From the NCBI GenBank assembly GCA_937888735.1, contig CALASN010000080.1:1-53281 (forward strand): a stretch of 53,281 nt of DNA. Reading direction: 5' to 3'. The DNA is from an uncultured Bacillota bacterium (lineage in GTDB: Bacteria > Bacillota > DTU084). Position 1 is the first letter of the stretch, and each line of letters starts with the position of its first letter. The translations under genes and the position numbers were made by a program. Under the pieces are notes generated by a model that searched no databases, was not told where the DNA came from, and worked only from the letters and a program-made list of their open reading frames with translations. Below, piece by piece: positions 1 through 9,394 of this stretch.

Positions 1-65
1 GGAATCCGATCGGTGAGAGGCTTCAGCCTGGTCCCGACGCCGGCTGCCATAATCATTGCTCGCAT
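1..65 (-). CDS. sugar-phosphate nucleotidyltransferase, first 21 codons only (gene runs off the window start)
   Basis: Minus-strand ATG at 65-63 with AAGGAGG (74-80) 8 nt upstream. Translation MRAMIMAAGVGTRLKPLTDRI carries the G-x-G-T-R-L signature of NTP_transferase enzymes. Confidence 0.5.
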   Translation of the reverse strand, partial: MRAMIMAAGVGTRLKPLTDRI

Positions 66-284
66 CTAGTTAACCTCCTTATTCTCACCCCGCTGGCCTG
101 CTACATCTAGTTTTTTTATAGATTCCGTCTTGCTTCATGAGTTCGCTCTGGCGTCCTTGTTCTGTCTCCTTTGTTCCAAGACGATTATCCCGCCCTCAAA
201 CTAAAGAAGCACTGTTTATCTTTTCAGACGCCATTCCGCCCGAAAATGTGACGCATTATTTTAATGATGATCAAATTCAATTCC

Positions 285-1556
285 TTATAGCGCACGTTTC
301 TTTAATGCAAAGATTTCAGCCGCCGCCTTTTTATATCCGCCGGCGTTTTTCAAGCTGTTGCCGATATATTGACTGTTTTTAAGGTATCTCGTGTCGGACA
401 ACACTTTATCCACTGTTTTCCGTAACAGCTCAGATGTGACTTCTTCCTTATTCAAACTTATTCCCGCACCCAGTTCAGTCACGCGTCTGGCCACAATGGG
501 CTGATCCATCGCTTGGGGAATGATAATAAGCGGAACGCCGAAATACAATCCTTCGCTGACGCTGTTCATACCGCCGTGCGTAATAAATAAGTCTGCCTTC
601 CCTAAAACATCCAGCTGCGGCGCAAAGTTTTTGATAATAAAGTTGTCCGGTGGATTTTTAAAGACAGCAAGATCAATCTGATTTCCTACCGCCATAATGA
701 AGCGGCATTTGTACGCTTTGAAAGATTCAATACACTGGTTATAAAAATCCACGGAATGATTGAAAAGCGTTCCCAGCGATATATAGATTACCTTGTCGTA
801 TTCCGTAATATTTCGCAATACATCCGTATGCTCTTCCCGTTGCGCGACGGAAGGGCCGACGAATTGATAACTGTCATCAAAATCTCCTGCGTGAGGCTGA
901 AAATACCGGGACGTATACACAATATTGAGCATCGCCTTTTGTATGCCTAAATTTTCAATGTCAGACACTCTCAAGTCATACTTTTCTTCCAGCTTATTAA
1001 CATATCGATAAAGCTCAATGTTGTCCTTGAAAATCTTCCACAGTCGTTTCAGTCCAACCCGCATCAGCAAAATCTCTTTAATTCTGCCTAAACTGCCTCG
1101 CATGCTCAGCAAATCATTAAATCTGCTCATACTTCCACCCATCATTTCGTCCCGCATCGCAGCGTTCAGCGCAAACGTGGTAATAGAAGATACGGTCGGG
1201 ATATTGAGCCTCTTCCCGATTGCCTCCCCAAAGGGCAAAAACAAGTCGTAAACGAGATAATCATATTTGCCTTGTTCCGCAAGCAACGTGTCCATAATCA
1301 GCTCGTAGTTCTTGAGAAATCTTAACAGCTCAAACGCATCAAGGCGATCGGAATTAAGCAGGCCAGCGACTGAGAAGAGATTGATTTCTCCGTGATAATC
1401 TTTGAACCTCGCACCTGCGGCCTCTATTTTGGGCTGGAATTCTTTCGTTAAATAATAGGTCACTTCTTCACCGCGTCTGATCAGTTCTGTTACCAAACCC
1501 AATGTGGGATTGACGTGACCATGACCAGGCAGGCTTACAAATAATGCTCTAGACAT
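285..1556 (-). CDS. GT1-family UDP-glycosyltransferase, macrolide glycosyltransferase (MGT/YjiC/OleD-like) type
   Basis: N-terminus MSRALFVSLPGHGHVNPTLGLVTELIRRGEEVTYY and C-terminal ITHGGMNSVSEGLYFGVPLIIIPQAMDQ nucleotide-sugar motif. I chose the internal ATG at 1556 because AAGGAG lies just upstream. The ORF track extends to 1592. Confidence 0.8.
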   Translation of the reverse strand: MSRALFVSLPGHGHVNPTLGLVTELIRRGEEVTYYLTKEFQPKIEAAGARFKDYHGEINLFSVAGLLNSDRLDAFELLRFLKNYELIMDTLLAEQGKYDYLVYDLFLPFGEAIGKRLNIPTVSSITTFALNAAMRDEMMGGSMSRFNDLLSMRGSLGRIKEILLMRVGLKRLWKIFKDNIELYRYVNKLEEKYDLRVSDIENLGIQKAMLNIVYTSRYFQPHAGDFDDSYQFVGPSVAQREEHTDVLRNITEYDKVIYISLGTLFNHSVDFYNQCIESFKAYKCRFIMAVGNQIDLAVFKNPPDNFIIKNFAPQLDVLGKADLFITHGGMNSVSEGLYFGVPLIIIPQAMDQPIVARRVTELGAGISLNKEEVTSELLRKTVDKVLSDTRYLKNSQYIGNSLKNAGGYKKAAAEIFALKKRAL

Positions 1557-1632
1557 CTTAAACTCCTTTGCATAACATATTCGTCGGAGCAAATACTTTT
1601 AGGGAAAAATGGCGCGCGAAATCAAACTGCAG

Positions 1633-1661
1633 TTGATTAATAGACACTAGTATATTATAAT
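1633..1661 (+). promoter_or_regulatory. sigma-A type promoter for the TetR gene (-35 TTGATT 1633-1638, 17-nt spacer, -10 TATAAT 1656-1661)
   Basis: Hexamers and spacing read directly from the sequence. The -35 overlaps one copy of a repeated TGTC(A/T)ATTAATCAA box. Confidence 0.45.
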
Positions 1662-1753
1662 AGAAAGCGATCTAAACGGCAATAAGCAAATGCATCCAGC
1701 CGTGTCAATTAATCAACACAACCAAAAAAGCTGTCAATTAAAGGAGCAGAATT

Positions 1754-2329
1754 ATGGCCAACGAAAGCGTGGACCGCCGCGTCCGAAAAACACAAAAACA
1801 GCTCCGTCAAGGTTTGACGGAACTGCTCGAGGAAAAAAGCGCGAAAAACATCACTGTCCGGGAGCTCTGCCAGCGGGTGGACATCAATAGAGGGACCTTC
1901 TATCTGCATTATCGGGATATCTTCGATCTGGTTGACCAGATTGAGAAGGAAATGTTTGAAGATTTTCATAACGTGTTGGATAAACATCCGCTGAAGTCGC
2001 TAATGGCCAAGCCGCTGCCGATGTTGATAGACGTATTCCGCTTTGTGTCCAAAAACTCCGACATGTGCAAAGTCTTAATCGGAGAAAACGGCGACCTTAC
2101 ATTTATCAATAGGCTGAAGGACTTGGTCAAAAACCGCTGTCTGGATGATTGGATGAAGATCTTCAACACGGGGAAAACGAAAAACTTCGAGTACTATTAC
2201 TCTTTTATCGTGGCCGGTTGCATCGGCCTGCTGCAGACTTGGGTAGAAAGCGGGCTGAAAGAATCGCCGGAACAGATGGCTTCATTAGCAGAGCAAATGA
2301 TTATGACCGGGATTAATGTCCTCAAATAA
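1754..2329 (+). CDS. TetR/AcrR family transcriptional regulator
   Basis: N-terminal HTH region RRVRKTQKQLRQGLTELLEEKSAKNITVRELCQRVDINRGTFYLHYRDIFDL. AAAGGAG lies 7 nt upstream of the ATG. The gene is divergent from the glycosyltransferase. Confidence 0.85.
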   Translation: MANESVDRRVRKTQKQLRQGLTELLEEKSAKNITVRELCQRVDINRGTFYLHYRDIFDLVDQIEKEMFEDFHNVLDKHPLKSLMAKPLPMLIDVFRFVSKNSDMCKVLIGENGDLTFINRLKDLVKNRCLDDWMKIFNTGKTKNFEYYYSFIVAGCIGLLQTWVESGLKESPEQMASLAEQMIMTGINVLK

Positions 2330-2386
2330 ATCCGGCGCGTCTCCGCGCCCAGAATGAGCGGCTCGGGGGTGTCAGGCCACCCCCGC

Positions 2387-2674
2387 TTAGCTGATTGGGC
2401 AATGCCAGTTCAGGCCTTGATTGTTATCCCACTTGCCGGCGCCGTCATGAAAGCAAAACTCCAATTCTCTCCGGCCGGAAGCGTACAAGGAGACTTCAAA
2501 ACTGGCATCCGAGGTCTTGGACATCTGCAAAGACTTGGGATTGATCCAACCGTCAAAGCCGTGGTGCAAATACAGCTCCGGGCTGGACGCCAAAGGTCCC
2601 TGATAGGAAATATGGACTTTTTTGCCCCGCGGCACCTGGGCTGGGTCAATTTGCAATTGACGCTTGGCAAACAC
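2387..2674 (-). CDS. stand-alone carbohydrate-binding module protein (CBM25/CBM53 starch-binding-like)
   Basis: 95-aa ORF with LYLHHGFDGW...FCFHDGAGKWDNNQGLNW, the G-x-WDNN-x-G-x-N-W pattern of CBM25/53 modules. It starts 18 nt after the gltX stop on the same strand. Confidence 0.55.
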   Translation of the reverse strand: MFAKRQLQIDPAQVPRGKKVHISYQGPLASSPELYLHHGFDGWINPKSLQMSKTSDASFEVSLYASGRRELEFCFHDGAGKWDNNQGLNWHCPIS

Positions 2675-2691
2675 GTTCCCACCTCCAGGAA

Positions 2692-4155
2692 CTAGTTTGC
2701 CCCGTCTGTCTGCAAATAAGCCAAAGCTTTGGCGATCCGCCTCTCCACAGTCTCTTTGCCTAAAAGCGCCAAAACTTCGAAGATGCCAGGACTCACGGCT
2801 CTTCCGGTGAGAGCCACGCGCAGGGGATGAATCAGCTGGCCCAGCTTTTTGCCCGTCTTTTGCGCACGATCCCGGAACGCTTCCTCCAGCGGCTCTTGGT
2901 CAAAAGTGTCAAACGGCGCCAGCAGGCTGCTGATTTCTTCCAGATCCGCTCTCCCATTTTTCCAATGTTTGGCCACTGCTTTGGGCTCATAGTCCTCGGG
3001 ATCGTAAAAGTAAAACCTCAGCTCCCCAGGCAGCTCCGAGAGCAATTCAATTCGCGTCTGATAGCTCGCTAAAGCTGCCAAAAGCCACTGATGCGAGTAC
3101 TTCGCAAGCGGCAGCTGCGACTCTTGGAGAAAGGGCAGAGCGCGCTGGTAAAATTCTTCCGCAGTAAGCTGCCGCAGGTATTGTCCGTTCATCCAGGTGA
3201 GCTTTTTGGTATCGAAGACGGCCGGATTTTTGGACACTTTCTGCAGCGTGAATTTATCGATCAGCTCTTGGCGGCTGAACAGAGTCTGGGTTCCGTCATA
3301 GGCCCAGCCCAAAAGCGCTAAGTAATTGACCATGGCTTCGGGCAGATATCCGTCGGCCTGATATTGGGTCACGGAGGTGGCCCCATGGCGTTTGCTGAGC
3401 CTGGCTTTATCCGGGCCTAGAATCATGGGAATATGAGCAAACTTAGGCACCGGAAAGCCAAGGGCATGGTAAATCTGAATCTGCTTGGGGGTATTGGACA
3501 GATGATCCTCTCCCCGGATCACGTGACTGATCTTCATCAGCGCATCGTCGATTACCACGGCGAAATTATAGGCTGCCATGCCGTCTGATTTTATGATCAC
3601 AAAGTCGTCCAAAACTTCGTTCTGAAATTCCACTTCTCCCCGAATCAAATCTTCCACTTTCGTGACGCCTGCCTGGGCGACTTTCATTCTGATGGTAGCG
3701 CTCTGGCCAGCGGCAAGCCTCTTTTCCGCTTCCGCCGGCGGCAAGTTGCGGCAGGCGCCATCGTAACGCGGCGGCAGTCCTTTCCGCTTGGCCTCTTCCC
3801 TGCGCGCCTCCAGTTCCTCGGGCGTGCAGAAGCACCAATAGGCTTGTCCCCGATCCACTAAGCGCTTGGCATACCGCAGATAAAGATCTCGGCGCTGGGT
3901 TTGATAATAAGGGCCGTAGTCCCCGCCCCGATTGGGGCCTTCATCCCAATCCAGTCCCAACCAGCCGAGGCCTTTCAAGATGGCGCCTGTGGACTCTTCT
4001 GTGGAACGGGCCAGATCCGTATCCTCGATCCGGAGAATGAACTTTCCCCCGTGATGGCGGGCAAAGAGCCAATTGAAAAGTGCGGTCCGCGCTCCTCCCA
4101 CATGCAGATAGCCTGTGGGACTGGGAGCAAAACGAACTCTGATCTCTTGTGACAT
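2692..4155 (-). CDS. gltX: glutamate--tRNA ligase
   Basis: RVRFAPSPTGYLHVGGARTALFNWLFARHHGGKFILRIEDTD (HIGH-type motif) and KLSKRHG (KMSKS-type motif), at full length. Confidence 0.97.
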   Translation of the reverse strand: MSQEIRVRFAPSPTGYLHVGGARTALFNWLFARHHGGKFILRIEDTDLARSTEESTGAILKGLGWLGLDWDEGPNRGGDYGPYYQTQRRDLYLRYAKRLVDRGQAYWCFCTPEELEARREEAKRKGLPPRYDGACRNLPPAEAEKRLAAGQSATIRMKVAQAGVTKVEDLIRGEVEFQNEVLDDFVIIKSDGMAAYNFAVVIDDALMKISHVIRGEDHLSNTPKQIQIYHALGFPVPKFAHIPMILGPDKARLSKRHGATSVTQYQADGYLPEAMVNYLALLGWAYDGTQTLFSRQELIDKFTLQKVSKNPAVFDTKKLTWMNGQYLRQLTAEEFYQRALPFLQESQLPLAKYSHQWLLAALASYQTRIELLSELPGELRFYFYDPEDYEPKAVAKHWKNGRADLEEISSLLAPFDTFDQEPLEEAFRDRAQKTGKKLGQLIHPLRVALTGRAVSPGIFEVLALLGKETVERRIAKALAYLQTDGAN

Positions 4156-4170
4156 TCCGCGACTCCTTTC

Positions 4171-4202
4171 AAAAAGAAGAAGTGCTCGGCGAGCACTTCT
4201 TC
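4171..4202 (-). terminator. rho-independent terminator after rpsU
   Basis: On the minus strand, stem GAAGAAGTGCTC/GAGCACTTCTTC followed by TTTTT. It lies between the rpsU stop and the gltX ribosome-binding site. Confidence 0.7.
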
Positions 4203-4212
4203 ACATTTTAGT

Positions 4213-4389
4213 TTAGCGTACCTTCCGCTTCCTTGCGGCTTCGGACTTTTTCTTACGCTTCACACTTGGTTTTTCGTAATGCTCTCTCCTGCGCGCCTCA
4301 GCCAGGATACCAGCCTTTTGACACTGACGTTTAAAGCGGCGCAGGGCACTATCGAGGGATTCGTTTTTCCCCACCTTAACTTCGGACAT
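4213..4389 (-). CDS. rpsU: 30S ribosomal protein S21
   Basis: [59 protein letters not shown] at 4389 is preceded by GGAGGGGGG. Confidence 0.95.
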   Translation of the reverse strand: MSEVKVGKNESLDSALRRFKRQCQKAGILAEARRREHYEKPSVKRKKKSEAARKRKVR

Positions 4390-4458
4390 GTTCTTCCCCC
4401 CTCCCCTGCCCTGCACCGGCCCCTACGGGCTAGTGCAGAGAATACATTGCGGATAAGA

Positions 4459-4791
4459 TCAAGCTGGAGGCCAGCCAAAAGTGCGACCGCCTAAGAGATG
4501 AATCTGAAGATGGCGCACTGTCTGCCCGGCATCATCTCCCGTGTTAATTACAACCCGGTAGCCGGAGAGGCCTCGCTCTTGGGCTAACTTTTTGACCACT
4601 AGCATTAGGTGTCCGATGAGGTTTTCGTCCTCCACAGCAGTAAGACTCTCTATGTGCACTTTGGGAATCACTAAAATGTGCACAGGCGCTTGGGGGTTAA
4701 TATCGGCAAACGCCACGGCAGATTCGTCTTCATAGAGCCTCTCGCCCATCTGGCCGTTTGCGATGCGGCAAAACACACACTGTTCGGACAT
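4459..4791 (-). CDS. HIT-family (histidine triad) nucleotide hydrolase
   Basis: 110 aa with the histidine triad HLQIHLLGG near the C-terminus and the CVFCRI zinc-binding-type N-terminus. Confidence 0.9.
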   Translation of the reverse strand: MSEQCVFCRIANGQMGERLYEDESAVAFADINPQAPVHILVIPKVHIESLTAVEDENLIGHLMLVVKKLAQERGLSGYRVVINTGDDAGQTVRHLQIHLLGGRTFGWPPA

Positions 4792-4869
4792 GAATCACAC
4801 CCCCCTTCGCCCTTTATTCTTAAAATTCGTGAACCGTGGCTACAATTCCTTCTATAACATGGGAAAAAT

Positions 4870-6141
4870 TTAACGCAACGCTCCCAGAAGGCCGCTCTGG
4901 TCCCAGCTTTCAACATGCGCGGTGCGCACCTGACCTGTCTCGCCCTGTCCGGCGGCCCGTACCCTGACGTATTCTCCCGTGATCCCTTCCCAGAGGCCTG
5001 CTGCTTGCCGCTCCAAGACGATCTCAACGTCCCGGCCCACGAACTGCCGATGATACTGCTCAGCCAGCCTCTGTCCCAGTGCGATCAGCCGCTGAGAGCG
5101 GCGATGGCCTTCCTGACGCGGCAGGTGACCCGGCAGGCGCAAGGCGGCTGTGCCGGGGCGTTTGGAATAGGGAAAAACATGCAGCCGGCTGAAAGCCATT
5201 TTTTCCACAAATTCCGTGCTTTCCAGAAATTCGGCCTCCCCTTCCCCCGGAAAGGCGACCATCACATCTGTGGTTAGTCCGGCCTGCGGCAGAAACTTGC
5301 GAATATTGGCCACGATCCTGGCATAACCTTCGGGAGTATACGGCCGGCCCATCAGCTTCAGCACTTTTCCGGAACCGCTCTGCAGAGGCAGGTGGATGTG
5401 ATTGCATATCGTCCGGTGGCTTGCCATCACTTCCAGCAGCCGCTCTGTAACGTCAGGCGGCTCAATAGAGCTCAGCCGAATTCTCACGAGCTCGGGGAGC
5501 CGGGCGAGGCTCTCCAAAAGCTGCCAAAACTGCGGCCTACCAGGCAAATCCCTGCCCCAAGAGCCGAGATTAACGCCGCTGAGGACGATCTCCTTGCAGC
5601 CTCTGCCGGCGAATTCCTCTGCCAGCTCCAGAACTCTCCTTTCAGGCAGGCTGCGCACCGGTCCCCTGGCAAGGCGCACTCTGCAGTATGTGCAATGCTC
5701 GTCGCAGCCGTCTTCAATTTTCAAGGTAGCGCGGGTTCGCTCGGCAAGTCCTGGCCCCAAATCTTCAAAAGTTAATCCCTGCCCGAGAGCCGCTACATGC
5801 CGCCGCGGGGGGGCGCCCTCCAAGAGCGCCAAGATATCGGACCTCTCAGTGGTGCCCACCACAAACTTCACCCCCGGCAGCTGCAATTCTTCCGGAGCCA
5901 CCTGCGCATAGCAGCCCATGGCCACAATTTGCGCTTGGGGATTTGCTTTCGCCAATTTTCTAATCTGCTGCCGGCATTTGCGCTCAGCTTCCGCAGTCAC
6001 GGTACAGGTATTGATCACATACAGATCCGCCTGTCCGCTCACAACTTGCCAGCCGGCGTCCGCGAATGAGCGAGCCAGGGCGGCGCTTTCGCATTGGTTC
6101 ACCTTGCAGCCGATTGTGAGAAATGCCACCCGTCCTTTCAA
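4870..6141 (-). CDS. mtaB: tRNA (N6-threonylcarbamoyladenosine) methylthiotransferase, MiaB-like radical SAM
   Basis: UPF0004 N-domain (FLTIGCKVNQCESAAL), radical-SAM cluster motif GCDEHCTYCRV and a C-terminal TRAM-like region. The rpsU neighbourhood matches B. subtilis yqeV. Confidence 0.9.
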   Translation of the reverse strand: MKGRVAFLTIGCKVNQCESAALARSFADAGWQVVSGQADLYVINTCTVTAEAERKCRQQIRKLAKANPQAQIVAMGCYAQVAPEELQLPGVKFVVGTTERSDILALLEGAPPRRHVAALGQGLTFEDLGPGLAERTRATLKIEDGCDEHCTYCRVRLARGPVRSLPERRVLELAEEFAGRGCKEIVLSGVNLGSWGRDLPGRPQFWQLLESLARLPELVRIRLSSIEPPDVTERLLEVMASHRTICNHIHLPLQSGSGKVLKLMGRPYTPEGYARIVANIRKFLPQAGLTTDVMVAFPGEGEAEFLESTEFVEKMAFSRLHVFPYSKRPGTAALRLPGHLPRQEGHRRSQRLIALGQRLAEQYHRQFVGRDVEIVLERQAAGLWEGITGEYVRVRAAGQGETGQVRTAHVESWDQSGLLGALR

Positions 6142-6725
6142 AACGCGGCTCCCCCAGAGCGAGAGAGCGGCTCTTGAATGATGACTCCCTCACCTGAGAA
6201 ATTCTGAACTTTTTTGCCCTCTATATAGAGCCAGGCGCCCCGGACGCCGGGAACGGCGGTAGCCGTATAGCCGATCTGCTTGAGAATTCCCAACACCCTC
6301 GCTGTCCCGCCGACTTGTTCCAGCTGGCGGCTGAAATTCACCGCCGCGATTCCGTCTTCAATCTCAACGCCCAAAAGCTTAGCTTCTTTCGGCAGCTGAG
6401 AAGACAAGCCTCGTTCCTGCTCCTGGGCCGTAGGTCCGGAGAGCAAAGCGGCGAAGGCGCCTTCAAGAAGAGCCTGGCTGTCCTCGCCCTCTACCGTGCG
6501 CTTTACGGCTTCCACTTTGGTATCGCTGGTGAAATAAACGCTCAGGGTCTGTGTCCGCGGCTCCTCTTGAACCTTGCGTTCTTGAATTTGTCTTTCCAGC
6601 CGGTTGACCCGCCCTGCCAGCTGATTGAATTTAGCCTGCAGCTTGGCGTCTTGCCTGTGAAAATTGAGGGCCAAAATCACGGCGACTGCGGAAATAATCA
6701 GCGCCAGCCAATTAAATTTGTTCAC
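6138..6725 (-). CDS. GerMN-domain (sporulation/germination GerM-like) membrane-anchored protein
   Basis: N-terminal TM helix, coiled segment, then GerMN-like LSVYFTSD...ALLSGPT...AAVNFS...TATAVPGVRGAWLYIEGKKV. GTG at 6725 sits 6 nt after GGGGGG. The ORF track starts at TTG 6749. Confidence 0.75.
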   Translation of the reverse strand: MNKFNWLALIISAVAVILALNFHRQDAKLQAKFNQLAGRVNRLERQIQERKVQEEPRTQTLSVYFTSDTKVEAVKRTVEGEDSQALLEGAFAALLSGPTAQEQERGLSSQLPKEAKLLGVEIEDGIAAVNFSRQLEQVGGTARVLGILKQIGYTATAVPGVRGAWLYIEGKKVQNFSGEGVIIQEPLSRSGGAAF

Positions 6726-6776
6726 AGGATGCCCCCCTTTTAATTTCAATGTTTTCCAATTTGCATCCCTTCCATA

Positions 6777-9245
6777 CTACACGTCAAGACGCATTTTTGT
6801 CAAATCGAAAACTTCAACGCCTCCTGGTTCCTCAGAGCAGGAGACAACGTACTCCGCGTCCGGCTCCATGACCAGGCAATTGGAAGACAAATCCACATCC
6901 CGCTCCGGCTCCAGGAAAACCCCGAACGCAGGCGTTTTAGCTCTCAGCGTGATGCGCTTTCCCTCAACGCGCAAAGCGATTTGCGGATCCGCGAGGGGCA
7001 GATCCCGGAGCTTCGCGAAAGCGAGGTGATTGCGATAGCGCTGTCCGCTCTCCAATTCCGCAAAAATAACGCTCTCCGCAAGCTCCCGGCTGACGCTGTC
7101 CACAATCTGGGTTAGTCCGTTCTCCTTTATCACAGGCGCGCCTTCCCCGTCCAGCTTGATCCCTAAAGCTTCGTAGGGAATAGTCTCAAGGAGCGTCGAG
7201 GCGTTGGCGGGAATCGCGACCTCAAACTCCACGCCGCCTCTTTTTTCCCCCGCGAGGCTGTAACACGCGAGGCGCACGCTGCCAGTTCTCTTCTCCGGGC
7301 AATCGCTTACCACCCTCACCCCGACTCCCGTCTTGCCGGGCTCAAGGTTCACCAAAAGCGGCGCAAAAAAGCTCCTGCTCCACCACCAAGCCGCTTTTTT
7401 TCTGCCGTAATAATCCACCAAAGACCAACTGCTCACAGGCCAGCAGTCGTTCAGCTGCCAGATAAGGGCGCCGGCGGTGGAGAATTTTCTGCCGCGCCAC
7501 GCCTCGACCGCCAGTTTCAAGGCCAGAGCCTGATTGAACTGCGTGAGATAAACAAAGCTCCGATAATCCCGGGGCAAACCCAGATTCTCCGCCAAATACT
7601 TCAGCAACCGCTCCGTGCCCTGCGCGGCTTTATTGTGAGAGAGGCAGACCGGGCTGAAGAGCTTTCTGTCCTCTGGCGCGGTATAGCTGAGGACGGTTTT
7701 ATACGCCGGCAGCGCCTGAAAACCGAATTCGCTGACAAAGCGTCCCTGATATTTTGCGTATTGCTCGATCTCTTTCCAGCCTCCCCACACGTCCCACATG
7801 TGCTGGTCGCCAAAGTCGGGACTATTGGGACTAGCTCCGCCCCAAGGGCTGCCGGTCCAGTAGGGACGGGTTGGGTCCAGGACAGAGACCACCTCCGGAA
7901 ACGCTTGCCTGTAGAGGTAATTGCCCCGATATTCCGGCTCTCCTCTGTGCCACCAATCTTTCAGGCCCCAGCTATTTTCGTTGTTGCCGCACCACAGGAC
8001 CAGGGAAGGATGATTGCGCAGCCTCAGCACGGCTTCCCGCGCCTCCTCTGTGGCCGCTTGCCGGAAAGCTGCCAGGTGATCCGGATATTCGGCGCAAGCG
8101 TACATGAAGTCTTGCCAGACCATGAGCCCTGCCCGATCGCAGGCCTCATAGAAGGCGGGATCCTCATAAACGCCGCCGCCCCAAACCCGCAGCATGTTCA
8201 TGTTGGCCTCGCGGGCCAGCTTGATGTAGCGCTCGTACGCGTCGGCCGTAACTCTGGGCAGAAAAACATCCGCAGGAATCCAGTTGGCGCCTTTGGCGAA
8301 CACCTTGAGCCCGTTGATCACAAAAATGAAGCTCTCTCCCTGGGCATCTTTCTCCCGCAAGAGCTCCAAAGTGCGCAGGCCTGTGACGAAAGCCGCCTCC
8401 GCAAGTTTCTCTTCCCCTTCCCGAAGCGCCAGCTCCACCCGGTAGAGCGGCTGGGAGCCGTAGCCTGCTGGATACCATAATTTAGGTTCTCTGAGCTTGA
8501 GCTTGCCGCTGGCAGTCAGCCGGCCGGCCTGATTGACAACGGTCAGCGCCCCGGTTGCCACAGGTGCGCCGGCTTCTTCCTTAATGGTAGCCAGGACGCT
8601 CGCCTGCCTGACGGTGCCGGCGATTTCCACGACGATTTCAACGGTAGCCTCGCCGGCCGCCAGGCTCAAAAGCCGCGCCGCAGGATTGGCCAGGCGCGCC
8701 TGATACGCTTCCAGGTAAATGGGACGCCAAATGCCGGTTTGCACCAAGCGCGGACCCCAATCCCAGCCGAACGAACATTGAGCTTTCCGCAGGAAAACGG
8801 CCTCGTTCCCAGCAAGATCCAAGCTGGCGTTTCGCTTTTGGTTTTTCCCATAAACGCTGGCGGCGGCAAAACGGATCTCGACGGTATTGACGCCGGCCTG
8901 CAGATACTCTTTGACCGCATAGCGGTGGCTGATGAACATATTCTCAGCCGTGCCCAGAAACTTGCCGTTGAGGTAAAGCTCACAGAGGGTATCCAAGCCT
9001 TCGCAGACCAAATCCACCTGTTCTCGCGGAACTGCTTCCAAGGTAAAGGCACGCCGATAACGCCACCCTTTTGCTTCCAATTGGTAGGCTGCCCGCTCAG
9101 CCAGGCCAAAGAAAGGATCCGGCAGCGCGCCCTGAGCGATTAAATCTAAGTGAACGCAGCCCGGCACTGCAGCTGGCAGCCAGTTTTCTCGATCCGCCGC
9201 AGCGAATTGCCAGTTGCCGTCCAGCGAAAGTTGTTTCAAGTCCAT
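6777..9245 (-). CDS. glycoside hydrolase family 2, beta-mannosidase-like
   Basis: 822 aa. The N-terminus LDGNWQF...GLDTLCELYLNGKFLGTAENMF and the catalytic region MLRVWGGGVYE...MVWQDFMYAC...LWCGNNE resemble GH2 beta-mannosidases. Confidence 0.85.
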   Translation of the reverse strand: MDLKQLSLDGNWQFAAADRENWLPAAVPGCVHLDLIAQGALPDPFFGLAERAAYQLEAKGWRYRRAFTLEAVPREQVDLVCEGLDTLCELYLNGKFLGTAENMFISHRYAVKEYLQAGVNTVEIRFAAASVYGKNQKRNASLDLAGNEAVFLRKAQCSFGWDWGPRLVQTGIWRPIYLEAYQARLANPAARLLSLAAGEATVEIVVEIAGTVRQASVLATIKEEAGAPVATGALTVVNQAGRLTASGKLKLREPKLWYPAGYGSQPLYRVELALREGEEKLAEAAFVTGLRTLELLREKDAQGESFIFVINGLKVFAKGANWIPADVFLPRVTADAYERYIKLAREANMNMLRVWGGGVYEDPAFYEACDRAGLMVWQDFMYACAEYPDHLAAFRQAATEEAREAVLRLRNHPSLVLWCGNNENSWGLKDWWHRGEPEYRGNYLYRQAFPEVVSVLDPTRPYWTGSPWGGASPNSPDFGDQHMWDVWGGWKEIEQYAKYQGRFVSEFGFQALPAYKTVLSYTAPEDRKLFSPVCLSHNKAAQGTERLLKYLAENLGLPRDYRSFVYLTQFNQALALKLAVEAWRGRKFSTAGALIWQLNDCWPVSSWSLVDYYGRKKAAWWWSRSFFAPLLVNLEPGKTGVGVRVVSDCPEKRTGSVRLACYSLAGEKRGGVEFEVAIPANASTLLETIPYEALGIKLDGEGAPVIKENGLTQIVDSVSRELAESVIFAELESGQRYRNHLAFAKLRDLPLADPQIALRVEGKRITLRAKTPAFGVFLEPERDVDLSSNCLVMEPDAEYVVSCSEEPGGVEVFDLTKMRLDV

Positions 9246-9323
9246 CTTCCCCTTTGTGTGTTTTCTTTATCTATTTCTCATTAAGGGTGAAAATCCTCCC
9301 GGCTGCCCGACATTTCGCCCTAA

Positions 9324-9360
9324 ATAAAAAAAACACCGACGAAGTCGTGACTTCGTGGTG
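9324..9360 (-). terminator. rho-independent terminator
   Basis: On the minus strand, stem CACCACGAAGTC/GACTTCGTCGGTG followed by a run of about 10 T, directly after the 65-aa ORF. Confidence 0.7.
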
Positions 9361-9394
9361 CTTCAGCTTAAGGAACTACAACAACGCGCGCCCA

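Noticed and set aside
7635-8480. 281-aa plus-strand ORF inside the beta-mannosidase gene
   Set aside because: It is entirely antisense to a well-supported GH2 CDS, Arg/Pro/Gly-rich and has no ribosome-binding site. This is a typical shadow ORF of high-GC coding DNA.
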